DNA of 49,786 nt, counting the filler, from Streblomastix strix (lineage: Eukaryota), in the NCBI GenBank assembly GCA_008636045.1. It is 2 parts of 2 records of this genome, joined end to end, with 100 filler letters (N's around TTAATTAATTAA, not from the genome) between each part and the next. Parts side by side here need not be neighbours in the genome. Positions count along the whole stretch, not along the records: positions 1 to 24,844 come from SNRW01000223.1; 1 more part is not named here. The stretch is one strand, 5' to 3'. The notes below the pieces were generated by a model. The model was given only the letters and a program-made list of their open reading frames with translations, did not search any database and had not been told where the DNA came from. How positions within the stretch are numbered: the first letter of the stretch is position 1; every line of letters begins with the position of its first letter. Both the position numbers and the translations under genes were made by a program. Of the stretch, positions 1-14,118 are shown piece after piece.

Positions 1-213
1 TATGGAAGACTTTTGATCACCTCCAATTCACCACTTGGCAAATGTTTCATCACATAAATACGTCCGAATGCACCAGATGAAAGTTCATCTTCAAATTAAT
101 CTGAATTGGAAATATTAATGAAAGAATTTAAATATAAGGAATAATAGAAATCTAAGAAAATGCATACAATCACTCCATTTGCGCTTTAATGGAGGTTTCT
201 GGCCTCCAGATGA
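1..213 (+). CDS. Possible 3' end of an unknown gene truncated by the contig edge (mirror copy 24632-24844, -)
   Basis: Frame 1 is open under TAR=Gln (YGRLLITSNSPLGKCF...WRFLASR) to TGA 211-213. No family recognised. Confidence 0.35.
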
Positions 214-835
214 CATGACAAACACAATGAAACAAGATCTAATAGAAAATAAAGCAAAAATAAAATGCAAAAAATTAAAACAATTTTTTGATAAATATAG
301 GGAAAAAATGAAATTTTTATGTTTGAGTTGAATTTTATTTTAATATGCGCTAAAACAAAGTAATCTTATATAGGTCTCAATAAAATATAAAAAAATTGGT
401 TCCATCGTTATTGTATCAGGAATGGTGAATCGAAAGAATAAAAAATTAAAAAAAGTGTAGTTCAGCGTACAACGATTGTGAGGCAGTGCAAATCGGTGTG
501 CATTTTGTGAAGAAAAATAAAAAATTGGAAATTAAATTGATACTTTTCTGATGATCTAAATTTTGCGTCACTGGGGAGCAAAATATTAAAACCGATGGTA
601 TCTCGATATACAAGATGGTTCGTAATTGGATTTTTTCTGGAAAATTAATAATCATCAGTGCGCATATAATAAGGTGATTTTGGATAAGATATGACGCTGC
701 AAAAATTTGACAAATAATTCTAGGATGTGGGCCTGATCAATTGTTATTTATCAAAGCTGTTCAAATTTTCAATTATTATATTTATTTCTTCCTAATTAAT
801 TAAATATAATATTTTTCATATTTCATTTCTTACAA

Positions 836-2994
<2,159 letters not shown>

Positions 2995-3021
2995 TTAGAT
3001 TAATTTTTTTTTTTGATATAG

Positions 3022-5480
3022 ATCAACTTACTGCTACTGATTCTGATCTGGATGAAATTGATCCAAATGATCCAACAACAATTGATCGAACAGCAGTTAA
3101 TGGATATCCACATGCTGATCTAATGAATTTTGTTCTTGATTCACTATTCCAAACTCGAGCTAGATTCGTATTTTGTGAAAACTTTAGATTATCATCAGTA
3201 AAAAAAATTTTTCAGCAGAACTTTTTCATATGGTGGAACATCACAACCAGCAGCAGTTTAATTGATTATTCACACATGTTCCACCCAGAAGACAGATTTA
3301 AAGACCATTAGCAGAGATAGATTAACCAAATTATTAAATGTCTTTGGATGATGCATATATTGAAGTATTAATAATATTAAATAAAATTAAAATTAACTTA
3401 TTTATTTATATTTTTTAAAAAAATTATCTAATATTCCCATCAGGTTCATCGCTTAGAAGAATTCCCAGATCCATTTGGTCCAGTAGGTGATCCATCAACT
3501 AAACATATTCAACCTCCACCAATACCAACATCTGAATTGCAACCTTCCAGATTTTCTGAACATTGTTTTGCACTTTCAATGTTAAGATGAGGTAATGCAC
3601 TTGATAGATAGATAGTAACTAATGGTAGAATTGTAGTTAGTGGATCATCTGATAGTGGTATATCTGTATTGGAAAGATTGGCATTTGCAAAATCTCGATT
3701 TTTTTCATCATTGACACTTGTATCACCTTAATGTCTTCCATGCTTAGAATCAACTATAATACCACCACCAGCATTCTATCATCAACATTTTGTTGAACCA
3801 TATCCAAATGGAATGTCTGTTATGGGTGTAACTAAACAGATTAAACTGAAACAACTATAAAAAGATCAACCAGATGCTGAATTAGAAGAAGATTTTGAAG
3901 AATCATAATATTAATATTTTATAGGTTCTAATTTTAGAAAACCTAAATTTTAATTAATTAAAGAGAAAGATGATGAAATTATGATTTCATGATAAGATGG
4001 AGAGAAATAATATTGTTGAATGGATTGTACAGGATATGATGTATGTGATGAAGATGAAACATTACTGAAGATAGATATTGATATAACAAGTGACGAATAT
4101 AAAGAATTTGTTAAAAGAAAAAAAGAAAGAGCTGCATTCTTAAGATAAGTATATGAATAGAAAGTATATTCATAACATAGATTACTACATCCAATACCAG
4201 TTCCACCCATTATAGCTAGGGCAGCTGGTATTCCAGGAACATAAGAAATAGTACCAATCCCACCATTATGGTCAGCGAAAGTAGATCCTTAGCGAGAAAA
4301 GGACATTTAGATTGAATTTTGGATAATGAGAAGAAAGTGAGTGATTATTCATAATAGAAACAATAATCTCCATCATAATTATCTAATTATTCATTGAAAC
4401 CAATTAATTAATAAGGAAGTATCAATTTAATTACAAATACAACTTCTGCACCAATTGGATCATTAATAACAAATCAACCTGGTTTCATCTCAAAAGTTCC
4501 TGAATATATCCAACAACCTGATTCATCATTTCATCAAATTATAACAAAAAAAAAAGGATCAATTATTCCATCAATTCCAGGAAATATACCTGCAACTGAA
4601 TATCCAGCATCATTCATAAGTGTAACTCCATCAACACATCATTCTCTATTTGTGATACCAATACCTTTTAGACCTCCTACACCAGAAATACAAGTAGTGA
4701 ATTCATGCAATTATACTGCTGCTACTTTAGCTGGGTTAGGATTATAGAGATATATTGAAGAAGTTCCTGGAGTTGTTCTGAATATCGATCGAGAGAAACG
4801 AGAATTAATGCTTGCAGATGGATCATTAGTTCCATATGATATGCTTATAATAAGGTTTGAATAATGAGATCAAATTTTAAAAAGACTTTCACAACCAATT
4901 GCAGAGAATGATTTCCGTGTAGATGTTGCAGATGGGGCGATCACAATGAATGATGAAGCTGATGCTATCCGACTATGGAGATTCATTCGCAAACCAACAT
5001 AACCTGGTGGAAAGAAATGGCTTTGAAGACGAAGATGAAATTGGTGTTAATATGGAGCTACACTCCGAGCATATTCAGTATTTCATGGATTATTATAAGC
5101 TTTTGCTCCTGGTAAGAGATTATTATTTATTTGAACACCTACTGATCCTGGTGCGAATTCATTGAATCATGAAATAAGAATTGATACATTAAAATATGGA
5201 ATTAAGAAGAAATATTTTGATGAATTTGATGAAATTCCCAAAGGTGCATCATTAAAAGGAAACTGAGTTTCATTCATTTCATTTGATGATCCTGACACTC
5301 AAATTAAATTAAAGTAGAAAAATAATTATCTGAAGATGGAGTATGGATTGTTGATGGATGGAACGTGATATTTGCACATGCGGAATTTGTTGTGATTTCA
5401 ATTTTACCAAATGATGAAAAATAAAGAATTGATACTTTAATGCAAATTTTGATAACACAAGCAAATCAATTTATTCATAG
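3022..5480 (+). pseudogene. CFAP61: CFAP61-like (flagellar CSC component) internal fragment, disrupted
   Basis: NGRIVVSGSSDSGISVLERL...LTLVSP, NIDREKRELMLADGSLVPYDMLII and IGVxGATLRAYSVFHGLL resemble the CFAP61 Rossmann-like region. Several TGAs (e.g. 3588) and frameshifts; no 5' or 3' end. Boundaries approximate. Confidence 0.75.
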
Positions 5481-5492
5481 TAAGATTATATA

Positions 5493-7622
5493 TGTGATTT
5501 ATTATCAATTACATTTAATCCAACAACATATCTAGCAGCAAAACTCTGCATATGTGGAGATTTCATAAATCCAACTTCCACTGGTTGTACTCCAACTGAT
5601 TGTTTGCCATCAGATCAAACATATAAAAGTAAATGTATAAATATCAAAGATCATAATTGATACATATACTCAAGTATTGAATAATATTTGAGTGGAATAT
5701 CACCATCTGCATGTGAATGCTTTTAAATTGGAGATATAAGAGCAGGAGATGTTTGTCCTTTAACTGAAGATTGCAAAGAAGTAGAAATTGATCCAACTTA
5801 TAGAGGATGTTTCTGCACTGATATATATTAACCAGATTTTTGTACATGCACATCTGCTATCCATCCAGATAATGAATAAGGATGCGTTTGTGATGAAAAT
5901 GAAGATGCTACATTTAATATTGATGATTGCATAGAGACAAAAACATGCACAGGTAATAACACTCCAATCGGTTGTAATTGTGCTGATAATGGATCTATCT
6001 TAAATAGGAGAATGCAAAAGCTCATAATTGCATCATCCGGGTGGTTGTACACCAGTTAAATGCTTTGATAAATATTAGGAATTTTCACGCTTATATACTC
6101 ATGAACATTTGAAAGATACAGATGAATGTATTTGTCCATCAAATGATCTTGCATCTTTATCTTGCGTTTGTTCAACAACTCTTGAATCCAATCCTTAAGA
6201 TTGAACTATTAAGAATTGCCTTGCTAATTCTGACACAACAGTAACAGAATATTCCTAATATTGTACAAAAGACAATCATCCAGCAAAATGCAGATGCCCT
6301 TCTTTACCAGAAGATTTATAAGGTATTCCAGTTGAATTGTTTTGATGTCTTGTTGATATTGATCTAAGAGAATGTGTTGCTTGTCCAATAACACGACTTT
6401 GCCAAATTGATGATGATTTATCCACTTTTTGTTTATGCTCTGAAGATCTTCATTAAGATAATTGCATTTGCACTCCAATTTATCATACATCAACTTATGT
6501 ATGCGAATCTATTACAAATCCATCTTTTAATATAAAAACATGTGATGAAGTTTTAAGATATGAGAAATTATAACAATGTGATCAAGAAACATGATATGAA
6601 GGAGGTGATTGTAAATATGCAGATGGATAAGCTCTGTTTGATTGCATATGCCCATAGAACGATGATGATGATTCTTATACCAAAACAGAATGTGAAGATG
6701 AAAAATATTCAGCAATTGATTCTTGCGATGAATCAGATTCTCCATCTATATATACTCACAATCATGAATTTGCATATATGATAATTCCCCTGAAGGATGT
6801 GCTTGTACTTAAGATTCAAAAGATTTGATTGGAGTTCCCGTTGCATAATGTGAATTTCGTACAATAGGAGATCCTAGATCTGGGTTGACAACACCAGGTG
6901 CTGGTTGTCCTGAATATTGAACATATAATATATTTAATGGAAGTTGTGCATGTAATAGTGCTTAAGATGATTATACAGAGTTTGAAACAGATAAAGCATA
7001 TTTTTTACTTATCTATTGTAATGATGTTCATGGATCATCAGTAAAACCAAACACATGCAAATATATTGATAGATACACACCAAATGGATGTACATGTCCA
7101 AGAGATACGTTTCTGAATTAATTAGAAGGAGTACCTCCTGGATAATGCAAATGTCTTGATGAAGATGATCCAAGAGTTGGGATTAGCTGTCCAATAAGCC
7201 GAAAATGTAGTAGTGAAGATCTTTAATCAACTCCTTGTTAATGTTCAGCCGACTTTAATTAATCTGGAAGTATTTGTACATATTAACGTCTTCCACAAAA
7301 TTGTGTTTGTGATTTAATAGGAAAAGATCCATTCAACTTTGCAACTTGCTAAGAAACTAAAGTTTGCACTGCCAATTAATAACCAAACCCAAGTTGTACA
7401 TGTTCATATTCTGTTGAAAATTGCAGATATTCCAAATCATAATGTCAGGCAGACAAAATATATCCTACATTACTGAATTGGACTGAAGAACATGAATAAT
7501 CTGTATGTCCAGACATATTTAAATGCAGTAAAGATTACTCACCATGGGGTTGCAATTGTTATGTGAAAACTGGAGTTTCATATGAACTTGACTTTGCATT
7601 AAACAATCTTAGAAGTATTAAA
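5493..7622 (+). pseudogene. Cysteine-rich repeat (surface-protein-like) region; 5' part degenerate, 3' part open and joined to the peptidase
   Basis: The motif LxG(I/V)xxxxCxCxxxxDxRxGxxCP recurs about 4 times, with many CxC pairs. TGAs at 5658, 6202, 6343 and 6918 and frameshifts near 6000 and 6770. Open from 6921 to the donor at 7623. Confidence 0.7.
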
Positions 7623-10600
7623 GTGTGCATTTCCAACTATATATTATTTATTTTTTTCATTTTATATTAATTTATAATATTATATATTTAATGAATAATA
7701 ATAATTTTTAATTATTGTTATATAATTATCAAATATATTTCAGCTTGAATCCAATGTGTAAATCACAACCATTAGTCTCTTAAAAGAGTATCTCAACAGT
7801 TATGCATTCATAGATACATCACTAAATCCATCAGGTTCTTCAATTGGATATGAAAAACATGCAGTTAACATAAATTTTAGTCTTGACAAAATAAATAAAA
7901 CAACATATACAAATACATTTGATTTTAATGAATCAATAATGATTCTTCTTAACAATCTCAAAGATCCACATACAATATTCACTCAACGATGTTTACCAAA
8001 AGTTTAATAAATGTTTTCACAAATTACAGTAAATTAAAGTAAAACAGACTATTCTTTGAGTTTTATAATCAACATTAATGAGTAAAACTATTCATTAGAT
8101 AAGATCAATATATTACGTTAAAAATTCTATGATAATAATAAATATGTGGATGTTGAAGGAACATATCCAGCTCTTGAAGCTATTGCCAGATGGGCAGATG
8201 AAGAAGTATCAATCTCCAGAAATCCAATTACAAGAATGAATTATGCACATAAGGGTTATTTCTCATATAGAAATGCTCAATAATTCAAACACCCAAATTA
8301 TAATGAAATATAAATAGAAGTGCATAATGAAACAGGCATTTATATATTATAATACCCAATATCCATCATTCTCAGTGCAGATTTGAATCTATTTGAAGAA
8401 TGTAATAATAATAATGAGTTATTTACTTCCTCATCTTTTGAAATGAAAACGAATAAAAAATTGAAAAAAGAAGAGAAAATAAAAATAATCAATAAATATA
8501 GTTTACTTGGGAAATTAAAATAGTTATGGAATAGAATGAAATAACAGATATAAAAATAATCCATAAAATTAAAGAAAAATGAGAAAGAATTTTAATAATA
8601 AGAATAATAATTCAAAGATCTTACATTCAAACTTGAAGAAGAATAAAGAAAGATTACAAAAAATCTCGAGTAGAAACTTCACCCAGTATAGGTACTCATT
8701 TAATAAGAATAATAATTTAATTTAATTTCAATAACACAAATAATGAATAATTCAAAATCATTAATCAAATCAAATAATAATAATATTAATAAAAGTTATA
8801 AAAATCTCAATAGTAGCATTTTACATAACGCAGAAGTTTTATCTTTCAGAAATTTAATTACTTCAATAGAAGATTATTCAGAGATTAACGCATATGTTAA
8901 TCAAACTAAAAAATTAGGTGTATTAGTCATAAAATCATTCAACCCTGATGAGGAAGACTTATTTAGTAAGGCTATATTTGATGTAATTGATGCATTTACT
9001 AATAATTCAAGTCATGATTATTCAAAACGACTCCTGATTGATCTTCGTGGTAATGTAGGAGGATAATTTCGATTAGGAAGACAATTTCTCAACTTCTTAA
9101 ACCCAAATGTAGGTCATCATCTCTATTAAACAGTTGATATGACACGAACAGATTTAAACGAATTAATTGCAATTATAACATTATATTAATAAGATATTTA
9201 TCCAGATGAAGTTTAACTACCACTTGAACTTGATAAAATGGAAATTGATAAGCTTTTCTATTCAAGAGAAAATAGAAAAAGCACAACATAATATGAAGGT
9301 AAGAATAGTCTTACAGTCAATATGACATATATGTATATGAATTTTATGGGAAATAATGATACATTTGCCAAATATTTTAAAAAGCAAAATATAAAAAAAT
9401 AAATATAGTATCAGCCATAAGATGTTTTGATTATCATTGATGGCGCATGTGCAAGTACGTGTTCACAGTTTGTGAAACATATTGGAGAGAAGCATCTTGG
9501 AAGGGTGGGCATAATTATATGTATTATTGTATATATTACTAAAATTAACTCTAATGAAATATTATAGATTTTTTTTATAATTTTCTTAAAATTTATAATA
9601 TTTTCCAAATCAGATTATTGGTGTTGGAGCTCCATACCCAGATGACAAAGATATAAGATTTGATGTTGGAATGACAACTTCAGGATCAATATACAATTAT
9701 TAATCTGTTCAAGATATCAAATCAAATGCTTCATTAATTGAATCTGCAAAGATTGATGAATTTAAACTTCCAAATTAATTCTATCGTATTGGAACAGATC
9801 TTTCATGGTCTAACAAAGGTGGATATGGTTTCACAGATGAATCAAGTGATTAATTACTTGAATATAAAATAGTTGATGTAGATTTCAGAGTTGAATATTT
9901 CCCAATTGATAGTTTAATATCTGATGATGATGATGATGATGAGAAAAGATATATATTGTATGATGAAGTATTGAAAAGAGAGAAAGAATTATAGGGTATT
10001 GGTAATAAATCATCATCATAATATATATCAGCTTCAAATAAAGAATCAATACACAAATCAAACTCTGATTCAAAATCAAAGTCAAGTTCAAATCCAGATC
10101 CATTACCAACTTCTCCAAAGAAATGCTTATCATGGGAAGTTGAAACAAATAACACATAAACTCCAAATAACTGTAAAGGATGCCTCAGAAATGATCCATA
10201 TTCAATCTGTGGTCATCCATGCAGTGTTCGTGGATCATCTGAAGCAAAAGGAAGATATTCTAATGGAACAGCTAAGATTGGTGAATATTTGACTGATAAA
10301 TGTATATTCTCGCATTGCAAAGTCGGATACTATCGATAAAATATTGTGTTTGGATAAAAAATCGATTAGAAATGTTCTTTAGTTCCATTAGGGCCGAATT
10401 AAATTAGAATTGAAATAACACCAGATTAAACAGAAGATGAAGTGAAAGATAATGATCCATGCAACTTACAAGTGATTGTTGATGAATTAGTAGAATTAGA
10501 AGAAGAAGAAGAATAATAATAATAATAATCAGATTAAGACAAATAAAAAGAAATTGAAACTGAAGAACCAAAAAGTAAAGCAGAGATGATCTCTGGGATT

Positions 10601-10726
10601 GTTGTTGCTGGAGTCATCGTTGTTGCTTCAATCGTTGCTATGATAATTGTTGCAGTTGTGATTCAACACTAGAAATACTCTGGATTGGGAAGACGTGGGT
10701 AATAATTGATAAGCGTTGATGCATGA
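6921..10726 (+). CDS. S41/CPAF-like serine peptidase with N-terminal Cys-rich region and C-terminal TM anchor; start codon not identified
   Basis: Exons ..7622, 7744-9504 and 9614-10726 join in frame via GT-AG introns with no internal TGA. Motifs LNNLKDPHT, RLLIDLRGNVGG and IIIDGACASTCSQF (catalytic Ser). TM segment ISGIVVAGVIVVASIVAMIIVAVVI precedes TGA 10724-10726. Confidence 0.8.
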
Positions 10727-10897
10727 ATTTTTTTTGTGACTGAGTTTAATATATTTATTTTCATTTTGATTTTATTCAAGTCAATAATAATTTTATTAAA
10801 AATAGATTTATATTTGTATTAATAAATAAAATAATATATATTACAATAAAAAAGGAAAATCAATTTAATCTTTTTTTTCTTCTTATTCTAAAATTTA

Positions 10898-11772
10898 TCT
10901 ACTTTACATACAATACTTAATGGATTATTATAAGCTGGCTTTTCTCATTAGTAATTATTATTTATTAGTCCATCTTCTGATTCTGATGTGAATTCATTGA
11001 ATCATTAAAGAAGGATTGATGCATTTGAATGTGGATTTAAGAGGAAATGTAAAGATGGAGATGAAATTTCTAAATGTTTGATATTTAAAAGGAGATTTAG
11101 CACAATTAATTCCATTTGATAATCCTGATATTCAAATTAAATTAAAGTAGAGAAATATTTATCTGAAGCTGGAGTAAGGATTGTTAATTGATGGAATATG
11201 ATATGAGCACATACTGAATTAGATAATATTGCAATTGGTCTTGAAGAAGAAGAATAAAGAATTGATACTTTGATGCAAATTAGATTACTAAAACAAAGAA
11301 GAAATCATTGAGAAGAAAATTTGCAATAAAAGAAAACAGTAAAGTAATTGTTGATGAAAATGAAAGTAAAGATCAAAACGAAGATGATAATAAAGAAAAC
11401 TTATTCCCAGATGGAGAGAAAGAAGATGAAACGGATGCTCTGATCAACATAATGATGTGAACAGAAAATAAAGATGATAAAAAAGAAGGTTTAGAAGAAG
11501 TAGAAGAAAATAAAGAAGAAGATGATGAATATGAAGAAGAATTAGAAGATAAAATGAATTTTGATTCAGAATATGGAAATTATACTTGAGAAAACTTCGA
11601 TGAAGATGGATAAGATGAACCTGATTAATAAACTGGTAAAGAAGGAGCTGAAACAGAAGAAGAAGAAAATGAACTTCAAATAAAAATGATCATCCAGAAA
11701 AGATGCAAAGTTGTAGCTGAGATTGCAGAGAAAAGTGGAGTATTTCATGTTGGTGGATCTGGATCAAGGTGA
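10898..11772 (+). pseudogene. CFAP61: Second, diverged CFAP61-like fragment with acidic tail
   Basis: About 10918-11285 aligns with about 5084-5450 (atggattattataagct...; caaattaaattaaagtag...tctgaag). Contains TGAs and frameshifts. Confidence 0.65.
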
Positions 11773-12147
11773 ATTTATTATTATATTAATTATGTTGTAA
11801 TAGAACAAATAATTTAATATTTAATATTTAATTTTCACAATAAAATTAATTGATAAAGAAAATATTCAAAGAATTTAATATAAATTAAGAACTGTTTATT
11901 TTTATAACAAAAATTATTAAAAATCTTATAGTTTATTGAATAAATGTTAAAAATCGAGTAATTTTATATAAATTTAAAAATATAAATAAAATATTTTAAA
12001 AATAATGTTAAAAGCATAAAAAATAATCAAAATCAAAATAATAGTCATTATAATAATATGATTAATTAATAATAATTATTATTTTCAAATTAATACATTA
12101 ATTAATAATTTCAATTATATTATTCGAATTTATATTAATTATCAAAC

Positions 12148-12442
12148 TTTACTATCAGCTTTCACTTCTCCATCTTCTGTACCCATTAACATCTCACGTG
12201 ACATCAATGGCATTGTTCTGGTATTATATATACAGAATAAATAATAATTAGTATATAATCGATGAAAATAATAATATAAAATATATAAATATTACAAAAT
12301 AAACATAAAATTAGAAATATTAAATTTAAATATAAAATATTGTTAGTGAATTATAATTGAAATACCCAGCGACTGTCATCAGAGTTGACTGTTCAACTTG
12401 CTACTGCTCCTTAATTAATCCAAAGTCTGCAATCTTGAGTAC
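12148..12442 (-). pseudogene. Protein kinase fragment (subdomains VII-VIII, two exons)
   Basis: Exon 12442-12366 VLKIADFGLIKEQQQVEQSTLMTVAG, GT-AG intron 12365-12218, exon 12217-12148 (G)TMPLMSREMLMGTEDGEVKADSK. No downstream subdomain IX exon was seen. Confidence 0.75.
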
Positions 12443-12499
12443 CTTTTAATATGAATAAATAGATATGAAAATAATAATAATCACAATTAATAATAAAAA
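12346..12499. other. 154-bp unique loop at the palindrome centre
   Basis: Not self-complementary. Contains a kinase DFG exon on the minus strand. Confidence 0.95.
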
Positions 12500-13072
12500 T
12501 AACAATATTTTATATTTAAATTTAATATTTCTAATTTTATGTTTATTTTGTAATATTTATATATTTTATATTATTATTTTCATCGATTATATACTAATTA
12601 TTATTTATTCTGTATATATAATACCAGAACAATGCCATTGATGTCACGTGAGATGTTAATGGGTACAGAAGATGGAGAAGTGAAAGCTGATAGTAAAGTT
12701 TGATAATTAATATAAATTCGAATAATATAATTGAAATTATTAATTAATGTATTAATTTGAAAATAATAATTATTATTAATTAATCATATTATTATAATGA
12801 CTATTATTTTGATTTTGATTATTTTTTATGCTTTTAACATTATTTTTAAAATATTTTATTTATATTTTTAAATTTATATAAAATTACTCGATTTTTAACA
12901 TTTATTCAATAAACTATAAGATTTTTAATAATTTTTGTTATAAAAATAAACAGTTCTTAATTTATATTAAATTCTTTGAATATTTTCTTTATCAATTAAT
13001 TTTATTGTGAAAATTAAATATTAAATATTAAATTATTTGTTCTATTACAACATAATTAATATAATAATAAAT

Positions 13073-13947
13073 TCACCTTGATCCAGATCCACCAACATGA
13101 AATACTCCACTTTTCTCTGCAATCTCAGCTACAACTTTGCATCTTTTCTGGATGATCATTTTTATTTGAAGTTCATTTTCTTCTTCTTCTGTTTCAGCTC
13201 CTTCTTTACCAGTTTATTAATCAGGTTCATCTTATCCATCTTCATCGAAGTTTTCTCAAGTATAATTTCCATATTCTGAATCAAAATTCATTTTATCTTC
13301 TAATTCTTCTTCATATTCATCATCTTCTTCTTTATTTTCTTCTACTTCTTCTAAACCTTCTTTTTTATCATCTTTATTTTCTGTTCACATCATTATGTTG
13401 ATCAGAGCATCCGTTTCATCTTCTTTCTCTCCATCTGGGAATAAGTTTTCTTTATTATCATCTTCGTTTTGATCTTTACTTTCATTTTCATCAACAATTA
13501 CTTTACTGTTTTCTTTTATTGCAAATTTTCTTCTCAATGATTTCTTCTTTGTTTTAGTAATCTAATTTGCATCAAAGTATCAATTCTTTATTCTTCTTCT
13601 TCAAGACCAATTGCAATATTATCTAATTCAGTATGTGCTCATATCATATTCCATCAATTAACAATCCTTACTCCAGCTTCAGATAAATATTTCTCTACTT
13701 TAATTTAATTTGAATATCAGGATTATCAAATGGAATTAATTGTGCTAAATCTCCTTTTAAATATCAAACATTTAGAAATTTCATCTCCATCTTTACATTT
13801 CCTCTTAAATCCACATTCAAATGCATCAATCCTTCTTTAATGATTCAATGAATTCACATCAGAATCAGAAGATGGACTAATAAATAATAATTACTAATGA
13901 GAAAAGCCAGCTTATAATAATCCATTAAGTATTGTATGTAAAGTAGA
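13073..13947 (-). pseudogene. CFAP61: Mirror copy of the second CFAP61-like fragment
   Basis: Reverse complement of 10898-11772. Confidence 0.6.
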
Positions 13948-14118
13948 TAAATTTTAGAATAAGAAGAAAAAAAAGATTAAATTGATTTTCCTTTTTTATT
14001 GTAATATATATTATTTTATTTATTAATACAAATATAAATCTATTTTTAATAAAATTATTATTGACTTGAATAAAATCAAAATGAAAATAAATATATTAAA
14101 CTCAGTCACAAAAAAAAT

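Noticed and set aside
558..708. Imperfect inverted repeat aaattttgcgtca / tgacgc...aaaattt as a MITE
   Set aside because: Short and interrupted, with no target-site duplication or independent second copy.
5658..6920. Selenocysteine decoding of TGA at Cys-like positions
   Set aside because: The same region has frameshifts and other Cys losses, and no SECIS was identified. Decay is simpler.
12411..12418. ttaattaa near the palindrome centre as a linker remnant or resolvase site
   Set aside because: It is coding sequence (GLIK after DFG), lies off-centre, and is a common word in this AT-rich DNA.
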